From an uncultured Dehalococcoidia bacterium (GTDB lineage Bacteria > Chloroflexota > Dehalococcoidia > Lucifugimonadales > UBA3495): a stretch of 64,000 nucleotides of DNA. The number at the start of each line of letters is the position of its first letter. Position 1 is the stretch's first letter. The stretch spans positions 14,443 to 78,442 of the forward strand of contig CATMOE010000009.1 of the NCBI GenBank assembly GCA_950072105.1, in the 5' to 3' direction. The notes under the pieces were generated by a model. That model was not told the DNA's origin. It did no database searches and saw nothing but the letters and a program-made list of their open reading frames with translations. The translations under genes and the position numbers were made by a program. Below, in pieces: positions 1 to 9,640 of this stretch.

Positions 1-2
1 TC

Positions 3-290
3 CGCAACCCTCACAACTGGAACGATCCCAGGACCGATAAACTGATGGTTGACCAGAACATGGAGCAGGACCCAACCAAACGCCGGGAGTTGATTAAACA
101 ATTCGCCGACGTGCTACACGAAGGAGAGAGCCACATAGTGCCTCTGTGGTGGAATTCCTCTGGAGCTACGTTCGACTACCGGTTGAGGAACTGGCACGCT
201 CCAATGACAGTCCAGTTGGTCCACAAGTGGGACCACGTGTATTGGGACCCAGACGCTAAAATGCCTACCACACCGGGATACCATCCGTAG
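3..290 (+). CDS. ABC transporter substrate-binding protein (family 5, Dpp/Opp-like), C-terminal fragment truncated by window edge
   Basis: Open frame from the window edge reading RNPHNWNDPRTDKL..EQDPTKRRELIKQ..IVPLWW, typical of an SBP_bac_5 C-terminus; directly upstream of two permeases. Confidence 0.8.
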   Translation, partial: RNPHNWNDPRTDKLMVDQNMEQDPTKRRELIKQFADVLHEGESHIVPLWWNSSGATFDYRLRNWHAPMTVQLVHKWDHVYWDPDAKMPTTPGYHP

Positions 291-344
291 GTCTAATAAG
301 CGCAGAAACCTACGGAACAAAGTGTTAGTTTAATCTCGACCCTG

Positions 345-380
345 AACGAGGGCGGAGCGTTGCCCGCCCTCGTTCGTTTC
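345..380 (+). terminator. Stem-loop between SBP and permease genes (terminator or mRNA stabiliser)
   Basis: Inverted repeat GAACGAGGGCGG..CCGCCCTCGTTC followed by GTTTC. Confidence 0.6.
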
Positions 381-440
381 CGATATCAACTGCACAATCG
401 TCCGGCCTGATTCGGCTCAAAGTGATTCCCTGGAGAGATA

Positions 441-1403
441 ATGTGGCAGTACGCTAGCAGAAGGCTTCTCCTCTTCATACCAACACTATTCTTGGCCACA
501 ATCATGGTGTTCGCCTTGTTCTGGATCGTGCCTGGGGACGCGGCCATGATGCTCCTTACCGGAGACGAAGACGGGACGGGGAAAGTCACCACAGCGGACA
601 TAGACAAGCTGCGTGAGAAGATGGGACTGAACCGTCCCATACATATCCAGTACGGCGCCTGGGTCTGGGACCTGATGAAGGGCGACATGGGGACATCTCT
701 CTGGTACAAGAATCCCATCATCGACGACCTGAAGGAACGGTTCCCGGTCACCATAGAGCTGGCTTTGCTAGCGATCCTGATGGCCTTCGTGGCGGCCGTA
801 CCCCTGGGAATCATCTCTGCAGTGAAGCAAGACTCTAAAATAGACTACGCTAGCCGGGTCTTCGCTCTGATCGGGATAGCTATGCCGAGTTTCTGGATAG
901 GGCTTCTCACGATATATGCGCTAGCTTATGGGCTCAACTGGTTGCCGCCATTGGAATACGCCACCATCACTGAGAATCCCCTGCTCAACCTGGAACAGCT
1001 TTTCTTCCCGGCACTGGCGTTGGCTTTCCATGACATGGCCTTCACCGCCCGGGTGACACGCTCAGCGATGCTAGAGGTGTTGCGCGAGGACTATATGCGG
1101 ACCGCCCGGTCCAAAGGTCTCCGGGAGCGGACTGTCATCCTTCGACACGCTTTGAAGAACGCCTTACTTCCTGTAATCACCATCTCGGGCTACCAGTTCG
1201 GCCGATTATTAGGTGGAGTGATCATCATCGAGTCCATCTTTGTGATTCCAGGGATAGGTCTGTACCTGGTAGATGCGATCATCCACCGGGACTTTATAGT
1301 CCTGCAAGGCGTGGTCCTCCTCGCAGCGGCGGTGGTATTGGTCTTGAATCTGGTAATCGACATGTTATACGGGATATTAGACCCCAGGATCCGATATAGT
1401 TGA
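441..1403 (+). CDS. Peptide/nickel ABC transporter permease (DppB/OppB-like)
   Basis: PGD N-terminal motif, EAA-loop DYMRTARSKGL, RHALKNA, C-terminal LDPRIRY; GGAG RBS. Confidence 0.93.
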   Translation: MWQYASRRLLLFIPTLFLATIMVFALFWIVPGDAAMMLLTGDEDGTGKVTTADIDKLREKMGLNRPIHIQYGAWVWDLMKGDMGTSLWYKNPIIDDLKERFPVTIELALLAILMAFVAAVPLGIISAVKQDSKIDYASRVFALIGIAMPSFWIGLLTIYALAYGLNWLPPLEYATITENPLLNLEQLFFPALALAFHDMAFTARVTRSAMLEVLREDYMRTARSKGLRERTVILRHALKNALLPVITISGYQFGRLLGGVIIIESIFVIPGIGLYLVDAIIHRDFIVLQGVVLLAAAVVLVLNLVIDMLYGILDPRIRYS

Positions 1404-1428
1404 AATCATCTAGACATCGGAGAAGCCC

Positions 1429-2361
1429 ATGATCGACCAAGATACATTAGGTGCTTCTACCCCATCCAATCGCGGCGCGTTGTTGCTGACGCAGACGGTT
1501 CGATCAACTAGATGGGTAGTCACTTTCTCTAGGCGCAAGCCATTGGGAGCAATCGGTGGAATAATCACGGTTATATTGTTCGTGGTGGCGATCTTGTCAC
1601 CTGTGATTGCACCTTACGATGAACGCGACACACATGGCGATTACGTCCACGCACCACCCGGCTCCCCGGGCCCAGAGGCACGCTTCCTATTGGGAACTGA
1701 CGCCCTGGGTCGGGACGTATTCAGTCGCTTAGTCGTCGGAGCGCGAATTTCCCTCTACGTTGGTGTCGGCAGCGTCCTGGTTGGGATCACCGCTGGCTTC
1801 GTTTTGGGCATTGCCAGTACCTACGCCGGGGGCAAGATTGACATGACCTTTCAGCGTTTTGTCGACGCCTTGATGGCCTTGCCCGGTCTCATCATTGCCT
1901 TGGCCATCATGGCTGTTCTGGGTCCCTCTTTAAATAACGTAATTATCGCCATCGTCATAGGAATGTTGGCACCGGTGATCCGTACCATCCGGTCCCAGGT
2001 ATTGTCACTCAAGGAACTGGACTACATCCTAGCAGCGCGGGCCATAGGTGCCTCTTCCAAGCGTATCGTTTTCTGGCACATCGCACCTAACTGCTTCGCC
2101 ACTTACCTGATAATGGCTACTTACTACTTGGGGTTCGCTATCATTATCGAAGCCTCCCTGAGTTTCCTAGGCGTCGGCTCACCACCTGACGTACCAAGTT
2201 GGGGAGGGATGCTAACTAGAGCTTCTCAAGAACACCTCAAAACCGCTCCTTGGGTAGGTATATTCCCTGGCCTGGCAATATTTGTGGTGGTGCTGGGGTT
2301 CAACCTGCTGGGAGACGCCCTCAGGGACGTATTCGACCCCAAGCTGAGGGGCCGCGAGTAA
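1429..2361 (+). CDS. Peptide/nickel ABC transporter permease (DppC/OppC-like)
   Basis: LGTDALGRD, YILAARAIGAS, EASLSFLG, SWGGML, GDALRD motifs. Confidence 0.93.
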   Translation: MIDQDTLGASTPSNRGALLLTQTVRSTRWVVTFSRRKPLGAIGGIITVILFVVAILSPVIAPYDERDTHGDYVHAPPGSPGPEARFLLGTDALGRDVFSRLVVGARISLYVGVGSVLVGITAGFVLGIASTYAGGKIDMTFQRFVDALMALPGLIIALAIMAVLGPSLNNVIIAIVIGMLAPVIRTIRSQVLSLKELDYILAARAIGASSKRIVFWHIAPNCFATYLIMATYYLGFAIIIEASLSFLGVGSPPDVPSWGGMLTRASQEHLKTAPWVGIFPGLAIFVVVLGFNLLGDALRDVFDPKLRGRE

Positions 2362-2409
2362 ATATCTAGCCGCCTCCCACATCCCTAGAACTCTGGACTA
2401 CGAAATAGT

Positions 2410-2445
2410 AAGAGCCCGGCCCCGATTCGTCGGGGCCGGGCTCTT
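2410..2445. terminator. Bidirectional hairpin terminator with CCCCGA-TTCG-TCGGGG core
   Basis: Perfect 16-bp inverted repeat AAGAGCCCGGCCCCGA/TCGGGGCCGGGCTCTT between convergent genes. Confidence 0.75.
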
Positions 2446-2491
2446 CGTTCCAGATTCGGGGGACCTCCCTTATCCCATTCCCTTCCCATAG

Positions 2492-2875
2492 TTACTCAGC
2501 CAGATTGGAAAACCAGGGAACTACTACGCTCAGCACCAGAACGATGGCGACGACAGCCAACAGCAACCAGACACCTGACGAACCTCGGTATTGGGCTACT
2601 TCTGGTTCACCCTCATAGCCTTCCGGTAGATCCAGCGATTCCCTTGCCTTGGCCAGGTCCGCCTCGTAGACGTAGATGTCGTGCGGTAGATTGTAGGCCG
2701 AACCCCACAATCCGGGGCCGCCTCGCATGCTGCGAGTGATGCAGGGGATGCCCGACTGCCAAAGGCGTTGTTCCGCCAAACGTGCCAAGGGCTCGTTATC
2801 GAATCCAGTCAGACGAACTTGTTTTCGGGCGTCTCGGTCAGTGAAGGTCATGACACTCCAATCGAAATTCCTCAC
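2492..2875 (-). CDS. Small membrane-anchored protein with DUF2007-like (putative signal-transducing) domain
   Basis: NEPLARLAEQRLWQSGIP..IYVYEADLAKARESL pattern plus C-terminal TM helix; start uncertain. Confidence 0.65.
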   Translation of the reverse strand: MRNFDWSVMTFTDRDARKQVRLTGFDNEPLARLAEQRLWQSGIPCITRSMRGGPGLWGSAYNLPHDIYVYEADLAKARESLDLPEGYEGEPEVAQYRGSSGVWLLLAVVAIVLVLSVVVPWFSNLAE

Positions 2876-3064
2876 GCTTCATACCGGTAACTTCCTTGCG
2901 GGCTTAGGACTATGATCTCAATAGCCGACGCGGCCACCGATAGCTTAGGCGCCAAATTATATCAGAGCCCGCCCACAATCCCCGCTTGATGGGGCCGCCG
3001 GCGCAGGCATCCCTGGGCGTGATTCCGGGCTGGTGTCATGATATAATAATCGGCGCGCTAATAG

Positions 3065-3151
3065 GCCGAGGTGGTGGAATTGGTAGACACGCGGTCTTGA
3101 GGGGGCCGTGGGCGTATGCCTGTGTGGGTTCAAATCCCGCCCTCGGCACCA
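3065..3151 (+). tRNA. tRNA-Leu (anticodon GAG)
   Basis: GCCGAGG/CCTCGGC acceptor stem, TGGTAGAC D-loop, anticodon loop TT-GAG-GG, long variable arm, GGTTCAAATCC, encoded CCA. Confidence 0.96.
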
Positions 3152-3165
3152 AGTCGGCATCTCGG

Positions 3166-3242
3166 GGCGACGTAGCCAAGTGGACTAAGGCGGAGGTCTG
3201 CAAAACCTCTATTCGGCGGTTCGAATCCGCCCGTCGCCTCCA
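3166..3242 (+). tRNA. tRNA-Cys (anticodon GCA)
   Basis: GGCGACG/CGTCGCC acceptor stem, GAGGT-CT-GCA-AA-ACCTC anticodon arm, GGTTCGAATCC, U73 discriminator + CCA. Confidence 0.96.
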
Positions 3243-3461
3243 ATAAAAAGATGCTATTGAAGAGGTTCAAGGACGCCAGCTTAGGGGTCCTTAACCAGGG
3301 TGCACAAACAGGATGTTCGTCACCCACGGCATGTGGAGTACCTCTCTAGACCGGGTCCAATTGAGATTCCATCCACCAAGATTCTCCCGTCGTAAAAGGG
3401 CTGTTCTAACCTTTAATACAGATCTTCTCTCGAGCCTGTCCTGGTTCCCAATGATAAGTTA

Positions 3462-3547
3462 GCCGGGGTGGCGGAAAGGTAGACGCGGCGGACTTAAAAT
3501 CCGCTACCTTCACGGGTGTGTGGGTTCGATTCCCGCCCCCGGCACCA
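3462..3547 (+). tRNA. tRNA-Leu (anticodon TAA)
   Basis: GCCGGGG/CCCCGGC acceptor stem, GCGGA-CT-TAA-AA-TCCGC anticodon arm, long variable arm, GGTTCGATTCC, CCA. Confidence 0.96.
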
Positions 3548-3566
3548 ACTTTACAGGCACAGAAAC

Positions 3567-3595
3567 AGGCCCCTGAGGAGTTTCAGGGGCCTTTG
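3567..3595 (+). terminator. Rho-independent terminator after tRNA-Leu(TAA)
   Basis: AGGCCCCTGA-GGAGTT-TCAGGGGCCT followed by TT. Confidence 0.65.
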
Positions 3596-3676
3596 GATTT
3601 GGCTGGCTCCCCGCATCTGATCCACGAACCTTTCTTGGACTTCCGGTGTGAGTCGACCTCAACAAATATAGGAGTC

Positions 3677-4300
3677 ATGAAGATGAATGAAACAGTGGGA
3701 CCAGGGGATGCGCGGGCGGCGGCGGCGGCCTGCCGTGAGGCGCTTTCCGGCGTGGTGGACCAGGACTGGTCCATCTTGGCGGACGGTTTGGAATGGTCTT
3801 GCCGCCAAACGCTGGAACACATTCCCAGCGCCCAGCTATTCTACGCCTCCCAATTGGCGCTCCAAGCGAATGAGCGGCTGCCGAGAGTCAGTGGAGGAGG
3901 GGATCAACTTACCGTTGCGGAGGTATTGTTGACCGTAGAGGTGGCCACCTCAATCCTGGAACACGTGCTCCGGGCGGCGCCGGCATCGGCGCGGGCTTAT
4001 CATCCGGCCGGCATGGCGGACGCCAGCGGGTTCGCCGGGATGTCATGCGACGAGATCCTGATCCACACGGCGGACATAGCGGGCGGCTTCGGGATCGACT
4101 TCCAGGCGCCAGAAGAAATATGCGCCAAGGTCCTCGCCCGGCTGTTTCCGTGGGCTCCCACGGATGTTAGCGCTTGGGACTCCCTGCGGTGGGCCAACGG
4201 CCGCTTAGAACTCTCCGGATTGGCGCCCCCGGACGTCAATTGGCGTTGGCATTGCGCGCCGTTGAGCGAGTGGGACGGAACTATCCCCCGGCGCGAGTGA
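3677..4300 (+). CDS. Maleylpyruvate isomerase N-terminal domain (DinB superfamily) protein
   Basis: WSCRQTLEH and DEILIHTADI His motifs, VLARLFPWAP, LRWANGR; GGAG RBS just upstream of ATG 3677/3683. The longer ORF start overlaps the tRNA. Confidence 0.8.
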   Translation: MKMNETVGPGDARAAAAACREALSGVVDQDWSILADGLEWSCRQTLEHIPSAQLFYASQLALQANERLPRVSGGGDQLTVAEVLLTVEVATSILEHVLRAAPASARAYHPAGMADASGFAGMSCDEILIHTADIAGGFGIDFQAPEEICAKVLARLFPWAPTDVSAWDSLRWANGRLELSGLAPPDVNWRWHCAPLSEWDGTIPRRE

Positions 4301-4400
4301 CCGGCGAAGATGGGGTCAGTGGGATAAAGAATCAGCCCCCAAAGAGTTCATCTTTGGGGGCGTCGGTTGTCAAATACCGGAGTCAGGAACCCTGTCTACG

Positions 4401-4910
4401 TTAGGGAGCGATCTCGCCGCCGGTCGTGCCAGTGCTTGTGAAATAAGTGGCTGGATCTATACCAAACGCATCCAGTCCATGCAGCGCTGCGTCCCTGAAC
4501 TTTTCCACCCTGGGAATGAGCTCGGTTAAATCCTCATCTTCTGCTGCTCTCAGGTCGTCTATGCATCTGTCGACGGCGGCGGCCAAAGATCCTCCGCCCT
4601 CTTTGCACACGAAAACCGGTGACCCGTCGCCTCCAGCCTCCGCGACACTAAAAGAAAAACTTGCATTAACCGCACGGTTTTTACCCTTCCCTGGAACCGC
4701 TTTCCAGGTCGTTTTCGCATTGATATTCAGTTCCCTCACGTCTTCTCCTGTCCCGACGGTCACAGTGGCTTGAACACCAGAGACTCCGGAAGGGTTCACT
4801 TCGGTGATCTGGCCTTGTGCCGCCAGTACTACAAACAGTGGGAACACGGCCACAAAGCCCGCCGCTATGGCCACCGCCAAAAGACGTTTGTTAGGCATCA
4901 TAAACTTCAT
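4401..4910 (-). CDS. Secreted hypothetical protein
   Basis: Sec-type signal peptide (NKRLLAVAIAAGFVAVFPLFVVLAAQG); GGAGGAGGG RBS upstream. Confidence 0.65.
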   Translation of the reverse strand: MKFMMPNKRLLAVAIAAGFVAVFPLFVVLAAQGQITEVNPSGVSGVQATVTVGTGEDVRELNINAKTTWKAVPGKGKNRAVNASFSFSVAEAGGDGSPVFVCKEGGGSLAAAVDRCIDDLRAAEDEDLTELIPRVEKFRDAALHGLDAFGIDPATYFTSTGTTGGEIAP

Positions 4911-5136
4911 TTTTGATTCCCTCCTCCGGTGTAGGCACGGAAGCCCTCACGTACATTCTATATTCCAACCTATATTCCAACTCCCAGAAATCAACCAAGT
5001 CTACCCTTAAGTAAATCGCCGATTTACCCTCAAGATAGCGCCACACACCCTTGTTCTGCTTATAATGACTCAGTGCCCCGGTGAGGCCATTGAACCCACC
5101 CGGCGGCGGCACGAATAAAAGCGAAAGGAGCAACCG

Positions 5137-5553
5137 ATGGCAGACAAACCGTTTTTGAGTTTCGAACAAGTTCGGGCGGCCATGAGCGCCATGATAGACA
5201 AAGCCATGCAGACTCCCGATGAGCCGGTAGCAATGGCCATAGTTGACGACACGGGCAACTTGGTAGCCTATGCCAAGATGGACAACCTGCGCATATTCAG
5301 CCGGCGGCACGCCCTTCGCAAGGCGTATACGTCCGCCATCGTGGGAATGGACAGTGGAGCACACGCCGAGCGCATCCACGGTCAGGGCAGAAACATGAGC
5401 GACCTGGGCGACCCCAACCTGACTCACGGCCAAGGCGGTCTTGTGTTGATGCAGGATGGTGTTATTCTTGGTGGCATCGGCGTCGGCGGCTACCCCAGCG
5501 GTCAGTCCGACGAAGACTTGTCCCGGGTTGGCCTGGCGGCCATGAACCTGTAA
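5137..5553 (+). CDS. GlcG/HbpS family heme-binding protein
   Basis: AIVDDTGNL..MD..A.RKAYTSA, GGIGVGG..DE motifs; AGGAG RBS. Confidence 0.88.
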   Translation: MADKPFLSFEQVRAAMSAMIDKAMQTPDEPVAMAIVDDTGNLVAYAKMDNLRIFSRRHALRKAYTSAIVGMDSGAHAERIHGQGRNMSDLGDPNLTHGQGGLVLMQDGVILGGIGVGGYPSGQSDEDLSRVGLAAMNL

Positions 5554-5586
5554 AGCAACCAGTCCTGGTAAGGGGAATATCGGGTC

Positions 5587-6498
5587 ATGAAGTTCGGTGT
5601 TATGTTGCCCCACTATCGCCAAGTGGCTTCAGCCGAGGGGATCATGCGGGTGGCCCAAGAAGCCGAATCCATGGGATTCGACACGGTTTGGGTCAGCGAA
5701 CATACCGCGGTGCCCGACCAGGATGTAGACCGGTTCGGCCTAGGCTACTACGACCCCTTTACCGTGTTGGGGTACGTGGCGGCGGTTACAAAGAAGATCA
5801 CTCTGGGAACCAGCATAATTATCTTGCCCTTCCGAAACCCGTTGCATATGGCCCAGATCGCCGCCACCGTCGACCAGCTCTCCAACGGCCGGCTTATCCT
5901 GGGAGTAGGCGTCGGTTCGGGGGAAGAGGAATACCGGGCGTTGGGCGCTCCCTGGGATGAAAGGGGGTCCGTCGCCGACGAGGTGCTCCAGGTGCTCCAA
6001 CATGTCTGGACGGTGGACCGGCCTAATTTTGAGGGAAAGCACTTTAATTTCTCCGGGATCAACTCCTTTCCCCAGCCGGTGCAGAGCCCCCATCCTCCTT
6101 TCTGGGTCGGCGGAGGCAGCCGTAGGTCCATCCGAAGGGCGGCCGAGTTCGGCGACGCCTGGCACCCTTCCCGCCCCAGCTTCCAACTGCTGGAGGAAGG
6201 AGCGCCCCGTTTGCGCCGCTTGGCGGAAAGGGCCGGCCGTGACCCCGGCAAGATTCAGATCGCCGCCCGCCATCCCATGAAGATTTTGGACGGCGCCGCT
6301 GATTCAGATTGGCCCTTGGTCGGCGCTGAAAGCAACGTGATTGATGGGATCAACCGCTTCGCCTCGGCCGGCGTGTCTCACCTGGTGATGGACACCTTTT
6401 ACAGCATCCCCGAACTTCATCAGGAAACCGTGGACACGGTACTTGCCACCATGGAGCGCTTCGCCCGGCAGATTATTCCCGAATTCCCCGGTAACTGA
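5587..6498 (+). CDS. LLM-class (probably F420-dependent) oxidoreductase
   Basis: GFDTVWVSEH, DPFTVLGYVAA, DQLSNGRLILGVGVG, PQPVQSPHPPFWVGG. Confidence 0.9.
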   Translation: MKFGVMLPHYRQVASAEGIMRVAQEAESMGFDTVWVSEHTAVPDQDVDRFGLGYYDPFTVLGYVAAVTKKITLGTSIIILPFRNPLHMAQIAATVDQLSNGRLILGVGVGSGEEEYRALGAPWDERGSVADEVLQVLQHVWTVDRPNFEGKHFNFSGINSFPQPVQSPHPPFWVGGGSRRSIRRAAEFGDAWHPSRPSFQLLEEGAPRLRRLAERAGRDPGKIQIAARHPMKILDGAADSDWPLVGAESNVIDGINRFASAGVSHLVMDTFYSIPELHQETVDTVLATMERFARQIIPEFPGN

Positions 6499-6564
6499 CC
6501 CGGAGAGCTCAGTGCCTCTGAAACCCTAAACTCGCTTCCTCAAACTTAACATAGGACTAACTTA

Positions 6565-7287
6565 ATGGATCTGTTTATCATTCGGCATGGCCAGTCAGGG
6601 AATAACGCCCTCGCCAATATTCGAGACCGGGAAGTGGACCCGCCACTGACAGACCTGGGAAAGCGGCAGGCCGAACTCCTGGCTGAACATCTGGCTTCCG
6701 GGGAGACTCACGACCGGATAACCGCCGACACCGGCAACACCAAGTATCAGTTGCGTCAAGGCTTTGGCATTACTTCACTGTTCACCAGTGCCATGTACCG
6801 TAGCCTGCAAACCGTCCAGCCGGTCGCCATGGCATTAGGGATGGCGCCCAAGATCTGGGTAGACATCCACGAAGAAGGCGGGATGTACCTGAAGCACGGT
6901 GGAGATGAGGGACTGGTAGGCTACCCCGGCAGGACCAGGTCCGAGATTTTGTCCGAATTCCCCGATTACCAACTGCCTGTGGATTTCGATGACGACGGAT
7001 GGTGGAACAAAGGCCATGAAGACGCGGCATCCGTATTGGTCAGGGCAGCCAAGGTCGCGAAACAGCTACATGAAATGGCTCCAAACGAAGATAGGGTAGC
7101 TATCATCAGCCATGGCGGATTCATGAACGCCCTTCTCACGGCGTTGTTCGGGCAAGATCCAGCAGGGCAGATGTACTACCGCCATCACAACACGGCAATC
7201 TCGAGAATCAGTATGGACGGCAGCGAAGTCCAAGACGTCAGATACGTAAACCGCATTGACCACCTGAGTCCCGAGCAAGTTTCCTAA
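6565..7287 (+). CDS. Histidine phosphatase family protein
   Basis: IIRHGQS..N, LTDLGKRQA, ISHGG catalytic motifs. Confidence 0.9.
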   Translation: MDLFIIRHGQSGNNALANIRDREVDPPLTDLGKRQAELLAEHLASGETHDRITADTGNTKYQLRQGFGITSLFTSAMYRSLQTVQPVAMALGMAPKIWVDIHEEGGMYLKHGGDEGLVGYPGRTRSEILSEFPDYQLPVDFDDDGWWNKGHEDAASVLVRAAKVAKQLHEMAPNEDRVAIISHGGFMNALLTALFGQDPAGQMYYRHHNTAISRISMDGSEVQDVRYVNRIDHLSPEQVS

Positions 7288-7416
7288 CTTGTCGGGACCG
7301 CGCCTGCCGAACCGCTGGACGGCGAGGCTATTTACGACTACTATTCCGGGGTACATGACCAGGCTGGTGCCATCGTAGGTGACCCCGACCATTATTTGCC
7401 TTGCAGGAGTAGACCT

Positions 7417-8277
7417 ATGACTACCGTAAAAGCCCAAGAAAAGTTCGTAACAGTAAACGGCGTCCGGCTGCGGTACCTGGATTGGGGCACGGACGGAAAG
7501 ACCCCATTGGTCTGCCTGCACGGCCACACCGGCCAAGCCCACATCTGGGACGAATTCGCCGAAGCGATGTCCCCCCACTACCACGTGCTGGCCGTGGATC
7601 AGCGGGGACACGGCGGCAGCCAATGGGCCGACACCGGCTACGCCCGGGACCGGTTCGTGGAGGACTTGGCGGGTTTCGTAGACGCCCTGGGTCTGTCAAA
7701 GTTCGTCCTGGCTGGTCTTTCCATGGGAGGCTGGCATTCCTTGCTCTACACTCCGGACCACCAAGACCGGGTGGAGCGCATCATCATCGTGGACATCAGC
7801 CCGCAGCCCAGCCCTCAGTGGCAAGAGCGGGCGGCTTCCCGGCCCGTCACTCCCATGGAGTTCCCCAGCCTGGACGCCGCGATATCGTGGATGCGCGAGA
7901 GCAATCCCTGGGCCTCCGACGCCGGCCTGAGAAAGGACGCCGAAGATAAGATGTATCGCCGGGATGACGGCCAGTGGACCTGGAAGGCCGACGCTTCTCT
8001 GTTCAACGTTCCTCTGCCCGACCAAACTGATCCGACGCTCCAAGCCCGCTATTGGAAGGGTATCGATTCCATCACCTGCCCGATCTTGGAAGTTCGGGGC
8101 GCTGAGAGCGGCCTGGTATCCGACGAAACCATCGAACAGATGAAGCAACGGGGTAAGCAGATCACGTCGGTAGACATCCCCAACGCGGGCCACGTGGTAA
8201 CCGTGGACAAGCCCAAAGAATTCATCGAGGCTACCCGCTCCTTTTTGGGAGTCCACGCCCAAATCTCGCCCGCTTGA
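7417..8277 (+). CDS. Alpha/beta hydrolase
   Basis: LHG, DQRGHGGS, GLSMGG nucleophile elbow, C-terminal AGH; AGGAG RBS before ATG 7417. Confidence 0.9.
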   Translation: MTTVKAQEKFVTVNGVRLRYLDWGTDGKTPLVCLHGHTGQAHIWDEFAEAMSPHYHVLAVDQRGHGGSQWADTGYARDRFVEDLAGFVDALGLSKFVLAGLSMGGWHSLLYTPDHQDRVERIIIVDISPQPSPQWQERAASRPVTPMEFPSLDAAISWMRESNPWASDAGLRKDAEDKMYRRDDGQWTWKADASLFNVPLPDQTDPTLQARYWKGIDSITCPILEVRGAESGLVSDETIEQMKQRGKQITSVDIPNAGHVVTVDKPKEFIEATRSFLGVHAQISPA

Positions 8278-8302
8278 TACCCGCCGTGGAGAGGAGAACG
8301 TC

Positions 8303-9415
8303 ATGACGACGAATCCGGTAAACATCTACGAATACGAAGCGATCGCCAAGGAGCGTCTGGCCCAGGGCGAATACGACTTCATCGCTGGGGCAGCAACGGA
8401 CGAGATAACCCTTCGCCGCACCCGGGCCGTATTCGATTCGATCATGATGAAACCGAGAATGATGGTGGACGTTAGCCAGCGGGACCTGAGTACCACCGTG
8501 TTGGGAAACAAGATCGATTTCCCGGTGATGCTGGACCCGGCGGGAAACCACGGCGCCGCGCATCCCGATGGCGAGCTGGCAACCGCCAAGGCCGCCGGAG
8601 CCATGAACACGATCATGGCCCTGAGCTCCCACGCCTCCCGCACCTTGGAAGACGTGGCCGAAGTGGCCACCGGGCCTTTGTGGTTCCAGTACTATTTCTT
8701 CAAGGATCGGGAACTGACCCTGGATATGGCCAAGCGAGCTGAAGACGCGGGATACTCCGCCCTCTGCGTAACCCTGGACGCCAAGATCAAGCCCAAACGT
8801 GAGCGCAATCTACGAAACAATTACGTAGGTTCCTCGTCTCCCAACTACGCCCATCTGGATCTATCCACGCACACGTGGAAGTTCGGCGCCGACGCCCCCG
8901 CCGGCCCCAGCGACATCCGGGACCCCGCCTCCACCTGGGAGGACCTGGACTGGCTGGCGGCTAACACCAAGCTGCCGGTGGTGGTCAAAGGAATCATGGT
9001 GGGGGAAGACGGCAGGCAAAGCGCCGAACATGGCGCCAAGGGCGTGATTGTCTCCAACCACGGCGCCAGGTACCTGGACACCACCTTGGCCACTATCGAG
9101 GTGCTACCAGAGGTGGTGGAGGCCGTGGATGGACGCATCGAGGTCTACATGGATGGAGGTATCCGCAGGGGTTCCGACATCTTCAAGGCCTTGGCTCTGG
9201 GGGCCCGCGCCGTGCTGGTCGGACGGCCTCTGTTTTGGGGCCTGGCGGTGGACGGGGAGAACGGGGTCCTGTCAGTCTTGGAGATGCTCCGGGACGAGCT
9301 GGACGCGACCATGGGCATGTGCGGCCGCACAACTATCGATAGCATCGACATGAGCACCATAACTACTGTCTCGCCATTGCTGTCCCTGTTCCCCCAGCCG
9401 GATAGCTTTCGCTAG
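8303..9415 (+). CDS. FMN-dependent alpha-hydroxy acid oxidase/dehydrogenase
   Basis: LPVVVKG, VSNHGAR, DGGIRRGSDIFKALALGA, GRP motifs. Confidence 0.92.
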   Translation: MTTNPVNIYEYEAIAKERLAQGEYDFIAGAATDEITLRRTRAVFDSIMMKPRMMVDVSQRDLSTTVLGNKIDFPVMLDPAGNHGAAHPDGELATAKAAGAMNTIMALSSHASRTLEDVAEVATGPLWFQYYFFKDRELTLDMAKRAEDAGYSALCVTLDAKIKPKRERNLRNNYVGSSSPNYAHLDLSTHTWKFGADAPAGPSDIRDPASTWEDLDWLAANTKLPVVVKGIMVGEDGRQSAEHGAKGVIVSNHGARYLDTTLATIEVLPEVVEAVDGRIEVYMDGGIRRGSDIFKALALGARAVLVGRPLFWGLAVDGENGVLSVLEMLRDELDATMGMCGRTTIDSIDMSTITTVSPLLSLFPQPDSFR

Positions 9416-9640
9416 GCCTCACAAGGCGGTTCACCGAATCCTTACCTAGGCCCAGTAATACCCTATCCAGGCAGAAGTAACAACTGTCATTGCTCCGAAA
9501 ATAGAATTGCCAACCTTCGTCCGCACAATTCGTCATTCCGACACCAGCCCTTCCGCTAAAGGGCGGCGAGGAATCTGAGGTGACCGCTACAACCAGGCAG
9601 TCCAGCACAACCAACATGACGCAGAATCACCAGGCCGGGG

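Noticed and set aside
2957..3327. ORFs 2957-3160, 2986-3246 and 3130-3327
   Set aside because: Spurious frames overlapping the tRNA genes.
3065..3600. tRNA-anchored integrative element
   Set aside because: No integrase, and I found no duplicated tRNA 3' end (att site) in the window by eye.
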